Source of the DNA: Trichoplax sp. H2
Lineage: Eukaryota
Length of the DNA: 64,000 nucleotides
NCBI GenBank assembly: GCA_003344405.1
Contig: NOWV01000003.1
Coordinates: forward strand, 620,001 to 684,000
Direction: 5' to 3'
Shown here: positions 13,701-27,200 of the stretch, in pieces
How the letters are laid out: each line of letters begins with the position of its first letter
How positions within the stretch are numbered: the stretch's first letter is position 1
Notes under the pieces: model-generated
Told to the model about the DNA's origin: nothing
The model's database searches: none
The model's input: the letters and a program-made list of their open reading frames with translations, nothing else
Program-made: the position numbers and the translations under genes

Positions 13701-16324
13701 ATGTCACTTCCAGTGTTACAGAATGCTACAATTATAGTGTTATAGCATTCTTTATGTTGTAACACGTTGCTAACCAATAAAGTGCCATATTGCAGGTACC
13801 ATATCTTTTTAAATGTAATTTAAGTCACTTTGCCACTAGCAGTCCTCACCTACAACATCGAAAAAGACTGTAGCTGATCCTCTTTTGTATGTCATGGTGT
13901 CATTAGTAGCGATGCATGCCAAATGTGGAGGAAATTGCTTTATCATTAAAAAAGGAAAGAACTACCGTACCATTTAGGATTTTACATAGCTAGGGATTAA
14001 GGCGAACTTAGAAATAACATTTCGTTTTTAAAGATTGAAACAAATTAATGATACATATTATTTTTGTATATTCTACATAATTCATAGTTGAGTTTTAGGC
14101 TCGTACTCCGATATTAAACTTGCCTGTCTTCCTCACAAAATATCATGATACGCATTTTCATGATGCTACCGTAGCGCAATAGTACATATGAGTATCATAC
14201 ACTGCATTAGACCTGTTAAAAGTTAACAATGACGATTTTCTATACGAAGAGCGATTACGCAGAATACTATAGGGAACTAAGACTACGAGCAGACTTCTGC
14301 TAATAGCACTATAATACTAGTTAAATTAGTATCCGAATCATATGAAATCCTAATAACAAGTGTTAACCAGTGTACTATTTTCCAGTCTTGAGCAAATTTC
14401 TCTAAATTTTATAGTCCAATCCCAAAGTATTAAGCGTCGCAAATAAACGTAAGTAACAACTGGTACAAATCAAATGATCAGTTACGGATAACTGATACTG
14501 TTTTAATGTTATGTGTAGTACTGTACAATATCGTAGTTTATATATATCATGATCACATTGTACTGTACCGCAATTTATATAAACAATAATTATGATCCTT
14601 GCAGTAATAATACAATTTTGATTTGTTACTGATATTTAAACTCTGTCCAGTAGCAAACAGGACCAGTGTTACCTGATACCTTAACAATACCTATATTTTA
14701 AAGTACGGTGACTTCGTTGGAATCGTGCTCATGTCATATTCATATATGTACAGTATTGAAAGATATATGTGATAATATATCCTCGTATTAATAATGGCAG
14801 TAGTATTATTTATTAGTGCATTCCCCATATTACGCTTTCTCGAATACAGATTTACTATTTTTCTTCCTACGGTCCTTAACCTAGTGTTACGCACACTCCA
14901 GTCCGATATTAATGTGGTCGTAACGTCTCGACACGAAATAGTACGTTTTCTTAGCTAAGATAATTTGTAAATTATATATTTACAATCCATTCAAAATAGC
15001 GTTAGAGACATATAAGTAGGAAAATTGGATGTAATGTTCAAAAGTGGGGGAGTTAATTATTAGAAAGTAGATGTTTTCATAAGATGAAAGTGAAAATTTC
15101 ACGGAAAATAATTATTCTAGGACAAGAATAAGAGACAAAAATATGTTGTGACTCACTCCATTGCCCTCACTAGGAGAATATATTATTTTTTTAAAGATTC
15201 TATTACTAATTTGATCATAAATAAATAATCTATCAGGAATGAATTTGTAGGGTAACAATTCCTAGAAATCCAACGAAAGCGGTTATTATGTAATCAATTG
15301 CATAAATAAAACCGAGCTTCAAGAGACATTAATCTATAAGGAAGGTAACAATAATCAAGATTGTCAATGATACTAGAATAAAAGGACAATATTTATTGCT
15401 GATTAGTTTTGAATAATACTCTGTTTTTCTTTAATAGAAAATATAGTATTAGATCCCGGTTCCACTGTTTCTCACAACATATAACTTTGGAGCAGTAAAC
15501 ATCAATAAAAACTTTTGTACGCTATGAAGGAATAAAAATTAGTAGATAGCTCAATATCTGGCGTAACGTACGATATACTTGAGGGATAAATAACGATTGC
15601 TTGTCTAATAATAATTATATAATGACCCTAAAGATATTATCGTCAATTTTCATAATACTGTATATAGTTCGCAAAATTTTATTCATTTACCTTGATATGT
15701 TTATACTATACAATAGGTATTTGTTTAAGAATAAGTAATAAATATTTGATGCGAATAAATCATCTGAAACTGATTGTAGTATTAAAATGTAGACAAAAAT
15801 ACATGTATTTTTAGGCAACAAAATCATTTTCAAAGCAACTTTATAAAGTATTATTTCAAAGCTATATATAGATTATTTTTTTCAATAATTGGCGTTGAAT
15901 CTGTAAGAACAGCTTTGAGAGATTTGCATAATTACTGAACATGACGGTAATTGAGTGATCAATTTCAATGATTGACGTGATCTATAATCATCATAATTAT
16001 TTTATCCCCATACTAAAGCATTATTAAAGGTATCTTTTGGTCTTCTTTGTTCGGTACTGTACTGTATGTGCAGTACGTACCGATGTTACACCCTTTTATT
16101 ATTATTATTTATTAGGTACTGTACTGAAATGTACCGGCATCGGCATGGCGGAGAGACTGTACTGTAAGATTGATATAAGGATTGAACAAAAAGAATTTTA
16201 TTTATCATTAATCCAGCTGATTACTGTGTGATTCGATACAGCCACAAAATTAGAATAACTTTTTTTAATATGCAGTATATATTAAGTTAAGTTAAATGAA
16301 ATAGTGATAACACAATCAACGCCA

Positions 16325-16500
16325 ATACAGTACTTTCATCTTACGTGTAATAAGATGTGAAATACTGTACAGTATTTGCACCTGAGCATGCAAAGTGTAC
16401 AGTGTACTGTACAGTCCAGTACAGTACAGTATACTGTACTGTAGTGAAAGAGAGAGTCAGAGATGGAGGCTGAATGTACAGTACTGTACTGTAGTGTAGA
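16325..16500. repeat. Palindromic (ACAGT)n/(ACTGT)n pentamer cluster
   Basis: Perfect 18-bp palindrome aaatactgtacagtattt (16360-16377) and perfect 24-bp palindrome tacagtacagtatactgtactgta (16420-16443); more units at 16476-16495. Confidence 0.8.
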
Positions 16501-17339
16501 TTAGATTTGATGAATATTCAGCTACACGGATCGTTTTTAGCAACTGAAATTAATTAATAAGAATTAGGTATGATATCCTAGATAGAGAGTTTTCCCGATA
16601 CGTTCAGCATGCAGCCCACCAATAACAGGAAAATACTTGTATTTTAGTATTTTATTCCTTTCTATTCACAATTGCACCATAAAACTTAGAAAAATAATCC
16701 GTAAATTTGTTTATGAGCAGTGCCAAAAATAGTACCGTACTGTACTGTATAGTACACTACACTGTATAGTACAGCGTACAACAGATTAAAATGTGCAGTA
16801 TTATACCAACAAAACATTGATTGCGAATGCTACAGTACACTACTGTACAGTAGATTGTTAAATAAATGAACGTTAATTATTGCCAACAAATCACTGTCCA
16901 TTATTACGTAACCAGGACTGCGTCATCTCGGCGCCGTATCTAGTAATCCGGTAATCATTCCCGTAAGTGTTTTAAAATGATACGACGCATCGTACAAAAA
17001 CTTGTTGTTCATATATTATGTCTTATCTAAGGAACAAACAACAACCCACCTTGAACAGTATTACCGACGCCCACTTCATTTTATCTATTTGCAATTAACA
17101 TCGAAAAAGTACCGCCTGCTTTTGTTCACCAACTATTTACGCGTATGACTACAACGTTGAATAACAATTGCTACCTTGTTTTTTATGTAACATCATCACC
17201 AATAAAAACAGAAGAATAGGAACATCTAGTGAAACATACAGAATACAAACAAAAATATAAAGAAGGGGAAGGTTGTTATCTTATTTTTTCTCGCTAATTT
17301 GTAAATTCATAATCTCATCTTTAGTGTTGATTCCACTTA

Positions 17340-17675
17340 CATACAGTACAGTTATGTTATGATATTACTATGTACTCATCTAATACAGTAATTTATTACC
17401 ATGACTGTACACAGTACTGTACAATACTGTACTGTACTGTACCGTACAGTGCAGTAGTAACACAGCACATTGTACTGTACTGTACAGTACAGCAGAATAA
17501 CCTTTCACTGTACTGTACTGTACACTGTACAGTACCGTATTGTGTCAAAGACTTTTCATTTGTCAACATCAAGTCGTCAACATGACTCCTCTATCTTGAT
17601 GAAAAAGCACTATTGTATACTGTACAGTACAGTACAGTGCAGTACAGTGTACAGTATGTATGCTGTATTACAGTA
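17340..17675. repeat. Dense (ACTGT/ACAGT)n pentamer cluster upstream of Tbx2/3
   Basis: Runs such as actgtacacagtactgtacaatactgtactgtactgtaccgtacagt, tgtactgtactgtacagtacag and tactgtacagtacagtacagtgcagtacagtgtacagta. They produce the spurious Y/C/T/V-rich ORFs in the ORF track. Confidence 0.8.
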
Positions 17676-18307
17676 ATGAGATTGTTCATGTTCTTTATTT
17701 GCTTGAGTGCAATTTTTATGGTTACTCTGCGTATTTATTTACTTAAACCTGATTACTGTATAAAAAGAGAGATAATAGTATATGACGAGAATTAACTAAA
17801 AGAATAACGCAAGTTTAAAAATAAACTTTAGAAAAGCAAAAAATACTTTATGCTTATTTTTTGTATAATTAATTTGTCATACAGACGGTTTGGATTGGCT
17901 TTCGATCGAATACTTGTAATTTCTTCTAGTCAACATCTACAGTATGCTGTGCAGCACACTGTACAGTACTGTACATTATTATAAAACTGTCGCCGTAAAA
18001 TAAAATAATACTGTAAAGTGTAGATTTAGTTATTTCTTTCAATTTCCCTCCTCCCAGATTCTTAATCTTGACATCCTACTTTTATCACCTCTTTCGTCGC
18101 AAACGTATTCATTTCACCCTAATATATCTACTTTAGTTTGCACCTTCACCTGATTTTCGGGTTAGCTAAAAATTCAGTCTCTTCATTAAAATATACGCGT
18201 AAATTAAAAGATGGTCCAATGTAACATAAATCATATTACCGGTATTATTTTAAATCACCATGAATCTCCATATTGTCCATTCAGTGCCAGGAAGAGTAAG
18301 AAGCAAT

Positions 18308-18370
18308 GGATGAAGTGATGATTGATGAATGACGACTGATGACTAGATGACTAGTGATGAGTGACGACGA
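18308..18370. repeat. GATGA/TGAC-rich low-complexity tract
   Basis: ggatgaagtgatgattgatgaatgacgactgatgactagatgactagtgatgagtgacgacga. Confidence 0.55.
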
Positions 18371-18700
18371 TAATTGACAACATTGTCAAATAACATAATA
18401 CAGAATCGCACAATGACGTACTGTTCTGTACCTTTGTAATTCCGAAGCATAATGTATAACAACAATATCACTGTATACAATTTCTATACAAAGCTATTTG
18501 AATGCGAATTGTAGAAAGAGACGATACTAACGAATTAAAAATGAAGAAAAACAATAGAAACATACTGCAAAAACATCGATGAGTCTATTTTTCTTTTTCT
18601 TCTCTTGGCCTATCATTCTTCTTTTTGTTCTGAATGACAGCTACATACAGTATTAGTAAATAACTTTACATGTCATCTAATTCAGAAGATATGTACGGTT

Positions 18701-18735
18701 GATTGGTTCCTATTTATTGTTTACAGTAGTATAAA
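18701..18735 (+). promoter_or_regulatory. Possible core promoter of Tbx2/3 (inverted CCAAT box plus TATA box)
   Basis: GATTGG at 18701-18706 and TATAAA at 18730-18735, about 1 kb upstream of the ATG. An acceptor (tttacag| at ~19705) just before the ATG suggests a 5'UTR intron, with candidate donors at ~19076 or ~19188. Confidence 0.3.
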
Positions 18736-19723
18736 GCGAGAAGTGTCGAGGGCATTACAAAGCGATGACACCTCATCAATAGCAAAATATGTTAAGAGCT
18801 ATTACTTTACACCCCATATGTCACCATTATTATCGTTTAACTGGCTAGTTGCTGAGAATAACTATCAATAGAAACGGCATTAGGAACCTCCTCAATTTTT
18901 CATTAATACTTAAAATTGTTTGTACGGTACAACTGACGCTATATTACAGTTGGCCGGTGACCGAGTTTTGCTCACTTCCACATCATACAGTACTAAAAGG
19001 ATCACTGAACTGAAAGCTAACAACTGAAGGGAAAATTTATCGTGTACAATACGCTGTTTTTTTTTACAAGTACCAGGTATAAATTCAAAGGTGCATAATT
19101 TTAGACGACAGAAAGAAACTACCTACAAAGACGACGAAAATTAAACATTTCGCGTTCACGGCCTTTCCAATCTGTGGCTGAAAAAAGGTAATGTTAAAAG
19201 CTGAACACTACGGTATCACCTTTTTCAAAATGGCAGTGTTATTAGGGTGTTAACTTTACTGCCATTCTCAAGTACTAAAATTGTCGAAAAAGGCTCATAG
19301 GCTAACCTTAAATGGATATGTACTGGATAACGCTACATAGTGTAATAATTAGTTGATAAATTCACCTTATACGGTATTTTTAAAATGTTTAGAACGTCAA
19401 TTTAGTACTCGTATAACTCAATTCGTTAACATTTTTCACTACATAAATTTATCAACAGATAAAGAAGGCTTTTTACCCGTATCCTCTATCCGCAACAGAC
19501 ATAATTGTCAAAGAAAACGGCATCAGACCACCGCTAGTTGAGATCTAACTACTAGATCTCACATACGTATAATTAACCTGAGAACCTAATATTCACAACT
19601 CTTCTGACGGATTCGAAAAAATTTTTCAGTGAATTCTACAATAATTCTCTTAGCTGATCATTATCCATTTGGATTCTTTATATCTTGCTGATTTCACATT
19701 TACAGTACTCACGTTGATCAAGT

Positions 19724-22700
19724 ATGCTGCCGTCTTACACTACACCGCCGAACTTACAAACTTTCCAGTATCACCCATTTGCTACTGGCGCTAACTCTAA
19801 CATGAGAGATTTCTCGGTTAATGCTCTATTAGCACATCCACCATATATTACAGCCCCTCAACCCGCTCCGAGTTCCTTCCCAAATTACGCAAATCCAACG
19901 GCTTCGGGCGCTTTTCATAACGCGCTGCCATATTATAGCAATTATCCAATCGGTTACAATCAATATAAAGGATACGTGATGCCATCTTCACAGGCTGGAC
20001 CATCACCATACTCCATTCCTTTCCCGACGTATTTGCCACCACCACCTTCAACAATTAATTGCGACGCTAAATCGAAAGGAAACGAAGATATCAAAGTAAC
20101 GCTTGAAAACAAAGATTTATGGGACAAGTTTCATAACTTGGGTACTGAAATGGTCATAACGAGATCGGGAAGGTAAGAAGAAGTATGATAGACTAAAGTC
20201 CGTAGAAATTATTCGGACAATATAGATTGTAATATATTCGTACCGTATAGTACAGGATTAAGGCACAGTACTGTATAGTATGTAGCGGGAAGGCTGATTT
20301 ATGCCTATTGAGACGGTAGATACGATATACGCGTATGAACGGCAGTGCACACTCATTAAAAAATCTTTATTCATTCTGTACAGTACAGTATTCTCTACTT
20401 GCTCCTGCCTTTTCAGATAATTATAAGTGATTACTTTTTCGAAATTGGTATCCTGGAAAATTTGCGTGTATTTTAGGTTTACACCTAACAAATAGTTACT
20501 TCTCATTTATCACGCTACTTCACTTAAGGTGTAGCGTAACCTTAATTTCAATATTCAAATACCCACTCGTTCGAGGATAAAAGGCAAAACTGTCATTAAT
20601 GTTTATGTTACAGCATTTTAAGATAAGATATTTTTCTAGGATGAACTTGAGTGTGTTATGGTAATTATTTATAACTATTATAATGTAGACTACAGAATGA
20701 CTACAGTATCTGTGCTACGGTACAGTATAGGCAGTCAAAATGCCACTATAATGTAGTTAGCGTTAGATTGAAATCTAGAGGTTTAACTACAGTACTGTAC
20801 CCTGAAGTTTATACCTGTAATTTTACTAAATGATACTGTACACAGTACTGTACTTAATCTACTGTACATACGAGTACAGTGCGATATGTTTATCGATTTT
20901 AGTTTGACACAGTAATAACCAGTATTTCCCGGATAAGAACGTACAATTTTAAGTAGTATTTATTGGCTATAGTCGGTACTGTAGTATCAACATACGAAAT
21001 ACTATTGCAATCTCAGAATTTAGATCTGATTTCCCAAATTTTTATCTAATCTACTGCTTAATTAAAATGAAATGAACGCACGAAATGTGTACTTCTAATC
21101 TGACCGGATCAATAACTACAGTATGATCAAATACTGTACATCGTGAGTACTGTACCTTATTAAGCCACAGCGATTCACCTGAGAAAACTAATACGGTATA
21201 TAAATTTACTACAGTATTTGAATCACACACATTTTACAGTTTCAAACTACTGTACAACAGACCACTTATATTCAGATCTGATTTCATCGTTATTTTCTTT
21301 CTACTGTTTGTACTGTACAGTATATGCAGTATCCTAAAATATATTTTATATACATCTTTTATCGTTTTAGTGATTGTGGCAATAAATTTTTATCTAATCC
21401 TTTTTTGTTATTATGTTAGAGAAGTAGCCTACGGTTGTTATTTCGACTCAAATTAATAATCTTGCCTGACTCGACACATAGTCGCTTTCCAGTCATTTTC
21501 TTAGTAGGGTGTCCTTTGAAAAGTCGATAGAACAAACAAAGTTGTTGTGTTATAATCCTATTGTGTCAAAATGATTTCATCATACCTTCTTCAATATGTT
21601 GTTTATTGACCAATAATAATAACAAGCAATATTACAAGCAGTGGCGTCAGCACAATGAAATTCCTGAATGAATCATTCACAACGAAATAACGACAATATT
21701 ATTGTAATTATTATTAGCTCTGCCGTCGTTGCATTATCTTCATTTTCTAAGCGACCAGTAAATTACCGTATACTATACAGTATGCCACGTACAGTACTGT
21801 ACAGTACAGTATGTATAGTAAGGTATCTTGCAGCTGACCTTAATGCTAAGGTTACAGTGACCGCTGGCTGTACTATTACAAAGGTCGTGAAAAAAGTTAC
21901 TACAATTAGCCCTGTACGTACTTACCATATAGATCAAACTGACTAAATTATTAAGATTTCGTGACCGATTTATGGTACTTACAGCTTATAGAGCTAGCCG
22001 CGAGTACTCAGTCATTTGATTCCTTCTCACTTGCTAAAATAGCACAGTTACTGTGTTGTGAGCTAAATTGAGTTAAAATTGCACATAAGGATAATAAGTA
22101 GATATTTTTATTGTTTCTCCAGATGTCAATCTTATTTATTGCCTTATGAGTTGTGAAACAGCATTTTTATTTGAAGCTGTTTCCTATTTACTTCTTTTTT
22201 GTTCGCATACATGTTTTGTCACAGCCATTACCATTCATTGATTTTGTTGTTGTTAAGGATGACGACAATACAAAACACCGAAATCATTGTCATTGGTAAT
22301 GTCTGTCTACAATTTTATATACAATGGTGAATAATTTATTACCATTTGATTGACAAGCGGAACTTTGACGCATTAATGGCGTACATAGTTTATTACTTTA
22401 TTAATACCAAACAGTGAATCACTATTCAGATTAAGATCATCAGTAGATCGTAAATAAGCTTACCATTCGGTACAGTGCACTATGCAACCTTAGCATACAG
22501 CACTGTAACTGTCCGCGTATTTTATCGTCCACTACACCGTAGTACAAGCACTATTACAGTATTGCACAAAGACTTCCCCTGCCGTACGATGCTGCAGCGA
22601 AGCCAACTTTTTATTGCTGCAATGACTGTACAGTACAGTACTTGTACAGTATTATATTCAGCAGTAAAATGCCAAAAATGTGAATTAAAATACTGTAATG

Positions 22701-24229
22701 TGTTACTGCAGCAAGATTGCTTTAATACAGTACTGTACTTTACATAATCGGAAACTATGCTGTAACGTCATGTTTTGGCCTGACCGTGCAGTACTGTATA
22801 GTACATTTAAACGTCGTAAGAGTCAAATATTAAATTTAAGAGTTAATTAAGAATTTGTTCAATGGCAGTACGATCTTCCATGCTTAGAGTAAACATTACG
22901 TTTAAAAAATTTATTTATAAAAATGCAATTTAATCAATACTAAATACGTACGAAGTCGATCATTTCTTACCGTAAATGTTATTTACAGGCGAATGTTTCC
23001 AGTAATAAAGGTCAACGTTACCGGACTAGACAGCCGAGAAAAGTATATCATGATGATGGATATTGTTCCGGCTGATGACTACAGATACAAATTTCATAAT
23101 TGTGCCTGGACGGTTGGAGGAAAAGCAGATACAGAAATTGTCCCAAGGATGTACATTCACCCAGACTCACCATCTACAGGTTATCAGTGGATGCAGAAAC
23201 CGATTTCTTTTCATAAGATTAAACTAACGAACAATGCGGACGACAAGCATGGATATGTACGTTTGCAATTCTTAGATCTACTTATTAACTAATTAACTAT
23301 TTTTATAGCTTTTATAGTAGTTCCTAGATATCGTATGATGTCCTATACAGCGATATCGAACTCAGTTGCCTTTCATTTACTTTTTCAGACTATCCTTAAC
23401 TCCATGCATAAATACCAACCGAGGATTCATATTATTCATGCCAACGATTTGTTTCAGTACCCTCATAACACCATGAAAACGTTTGTCTTCAAAGAAACTG
23501 AATTCATTGCAGTAACAGCCTACCAAAATGAGAAGGTACTATAAACTGCCCTTACGAATACACTATATACATATGTTTCGCTTATTTGCGATTTTCTTTG
23601 ATCTAATCATCGCTTGTGGTAGTAAATGATGATTGTTTTCCGTATTTACCCTTCTCACTATAATTAGATAACCCATTTAAAAATCTACAACAACCCCTTC
23701 GCCAAGGGTTTCCGAGATTCGGGAACCACAGGTTCTAAAACTTCTGATCATAACCATACAAGGTTGGCACTCGTCTTTATCGCTGTACTACTATACGTAC
23801 TGTATATCATATAAACGATAACTTATGCGTGTTAACATATCCTTTCATAGCAGAATAGATTTTTAATATATCTTTTCTACTTTAGGAAAGATGAAGAAGA
23901 GGGTAGTGATGAAGACAACTTAATTGAATCTAGTACCTGCAAAGAAAGCTCGCTTGAAAATGTATCGTATAAAGGTAATGCATATTTCCTTTATTCTGAT
24001 ATGATGTTGAGATATTAATGTACTAATTTTTGTCAATGCCTCAAAAAATTTAGATGATGCTTGTGACGTTACGACATGTGCAGAAGTAACTAAAGGTGAA
24101 ACAAACTCTGCAAGAATAAAAATTAGTAAAGAATACCAAGATGATCCAAAATCTATCAAAAGCGTCAAGAGAGAGCTAGTAGAAAAGCCGAGTAACCATA
24201 GGCACGAAAGAAAGTATCACCCGTATTGA
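19724..24229 (+). CDS. Tbx2/3: T-box transcription factor, Tbx2/3 (omb) subfamily; exons 19724-20172, 22989-23256, 23389-23535, 23668-23762, 23886-23974, 24054-24229 (1224 nt, 407 aa)
   Basis: All introns are GT-AG and phase-compatible. T-box: [118 protein letters not shown](Y/F)TILNS, QNEKIT and the N-terminal YHPF...[12 protein letters not shown] are Tbx2/3 signatures. Confidence 0.93.
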
Positions 24230-27200
24230 AAACGACGTCAATTTAGTAGATATTAAATTTACTTGTCGCCACTCACGCCTCTTCGTGGTAAATGATGTAG
24301 AGAAACTGGAAGGATAATACTATTACTGCCATAGTAATCCAATAGCACTGTAATGTAAGTTAAAAATCGAGAAAATTCCGTACTCAAGAAAGTAGTTCAA
24401 ATTTTGGTTACATTAACTGGTTCACACTCGTGTCGTTGGTGTATAGTATAGTAGTGACGTTTTCACTATAGCTTTCAACGTCCTTATGGAGCGGCCACTG
24501 TTAAAATTAAGTCACTACTATGTGACTTTCGATCGATAATGTATAATAGAAATGTATAGTAGCATTTAAAGTACAATTTTCAATCATTCGGAAAGATCGC
24601 TTCTGTCACCTTATACTATTTTGCAGTACAAGGCGCAGTATCAATCGCCCTTTATACAGTCTACTTATTTTTAATTTAAGCAACTTACGCCTAAATTAGC
24701 TATTGTAATTCATCTTTAGAAGTTGCGTTACATGCAATTATTTCGATTATATACATCTTTCATGTTGCTTTACTAGTAACGATTGATCTCATAGACGTTT
24801 AATATTTTGTGTACTGTTCTCGACCTCATTTCATTTGCTTCGACTGTAATGCAAAAACTACGTTCGCAGATTATGACAACTAGTAAGGCTCTATCGGTAA
24901 TATTTCAATACTGAAACAGCGGTGATATCGTAGAAGTGATAAAATGAAGTTATGAACTATACTTGCTGTCCATCGGTTTTGCTATACTGTACTGTTGTAT
25001 CCTTTATTACAATGGCTGCTGCAATTATGTAAAACATTCTCTAGACTGTGCTCTTTGCAGTAATGAATGAATCGTATAATGTAAGAATTACAAAAGTTGA
25101 AGGTGTGTAATTATATGGCACTGTATGTGCTACGTAGATCCTGTTAATTAAACACATTTTCTACATAATGGTACCTGTTATAGAAATTACCGCATGACTA
25201 TAATTATTGTTTTACTTGAAATTAATGACTATGTTGTACCATTATGTTGTATCAATATGTACAAGCAGAATTATAATATGATGTAATACGTATCTGTACA
25301 TGTATGTCTATTTACGGTAAAAATATATATATATGCGTATATTATGTCTATATGTACATTATGCAGTGTATGCGTACTGTATATACACGTATATACTAAT
25401 AAAACATATTGAGGCAAATAGCTGCGTTAACAATAATAGTAATTAATTAATTAAAGCAGAGCTTCAGACGGATAGCCAATAGTGCATAATAGAAATCATT
25501 ATGATCCTGCAACATTCGTGATGGTGTAATGGCATATTATACAAATAACGTGGTAGATTATGCAATACAGTGTCCCTATGAACGTGTTCTAATTGAAGAA
25601 ACTTTTGTGACGTTATACCGGCTTTGTAATATTCTAACCGCGGGAATTCGTGCTCTTACGAACTCGTATATCGTATTTCAATGTTCTCAACGACAAATTA
25701 CATGTACACTACCAGTAGTGCGATTGTTCCTGTAGGTAATACTGTACAGTATTTATTTAATGTTAGTTCGTTTCTTGAACCCTGTAATGAGCACGCAAAG
25801 TATGAACAACATAATATCTATATGTAATATACGTACAGCAACTAAAGAGTACATGTAGATGCAGAGTGATAATAAGTGTATAAAACACATTTGATTCTAG
25901 TATGCTTAACAGACTTTAAAAAGTAGATATAGTACTAGTACCAGAGGATAAGAACTGTAAAGTATATTAGAATTGTACTTATAATGATTACTGCGATAAT
26001 AATATAGATTCAAAAATTGATTTACCTGCATAACCAAAGTGAATATTTTAAAGACGAAAAGGCACGTAAATTATTATTTATCATTATATATTATTGGCAC
26101 ATTTAGAAGTCGGCATAATTTTCGTTTATCATAGCTACATTATAACGTTTATGTTATACTAATAGAAAATTACTCTTTTCTGTAATAAATCAGAAAAGTT
26201 TTAATTTCAATATGCTAGAATATTTATCATTAAATTAATTCTTTAACGAATTATTTATACCATTTTATACTAAAAAATTATTTGAAAAATTATGAGTATG
26301 CGATGAAATAAAAATGTAAATAACTGTTTTATTTCGAATCCTATTACCTGTATATTAATAAAGAGGCGTTTCACCAATAAATTTACATGATAAAGTAGAT
26401 CATACCTAATGTTCATCTTATCCAACTTACGTATTAAACTGTAGCTTATGGTAAACTAAAGTTCGTAGGGTAAGGGCATTTACCATTTCGCTCAACGCTC
26501 TCAATCATAACGATGACTTTTACTTTAATACTCCTTTATTATTAGAATAAAATATAATCTGTTGCTAATAATAGTTGTATCACCAGAGTTAGTTATCAGT
26601 ATACTCTAAATTATTGTGAGGAGATACCATATTAGCAAGGAATTTCACAAAGCTTTAGTAGATAAGTTATGGTAAATGCATTTTTACGTTTCATTTGTTC
26701 TCAATAGAGAATATTGCCCTTTCACCCCTATGAAATAATATGTCTGCATACGTGCTCAGCTGTTCACTAAATTGATGATATTTAATATGGAGTAATTTAC
26801 ATAGCAATTATTGCGAAAGATTTCTAAAATTAAACTATTACCACTTATCCAGCATTTATCATTGCTGCGATTTTTGTCTTCACTAGTCACTACATAGTAA
26901 GAAGATCAGGGAACGTTTTTGGGCTGCTGTAATTCAATCAGTTGTATGTACAATGCAGTATATGCGCTTACTACCTAGAGATAATTGATCGTAGTTCGCT
27001 TAATGGCACTGTAGCCAGACACTTCTGTGGAACGAAAAAAACCATGTTTCAGCTGGTGAATAATACCAGAGGTGTTAATATCCACATACGTAATTTACAT
27101 CTTACAGCTTATTGGCTACAAGACTTTCTTACAATACAGACAACATGTACTATAACACCTTACCGTTGTAATGGCACGGATGATTTTTAATTAAGACTTT

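Noticed and set aside
17370..17795. Overlapping ORFs rich in Y/C/T/V/Q/S
   Set aside because: Translation artefacts of the ACAGT/ACTGT pentamer. The same applies to ORFs at 16037, 21668, 22475 and 29398.
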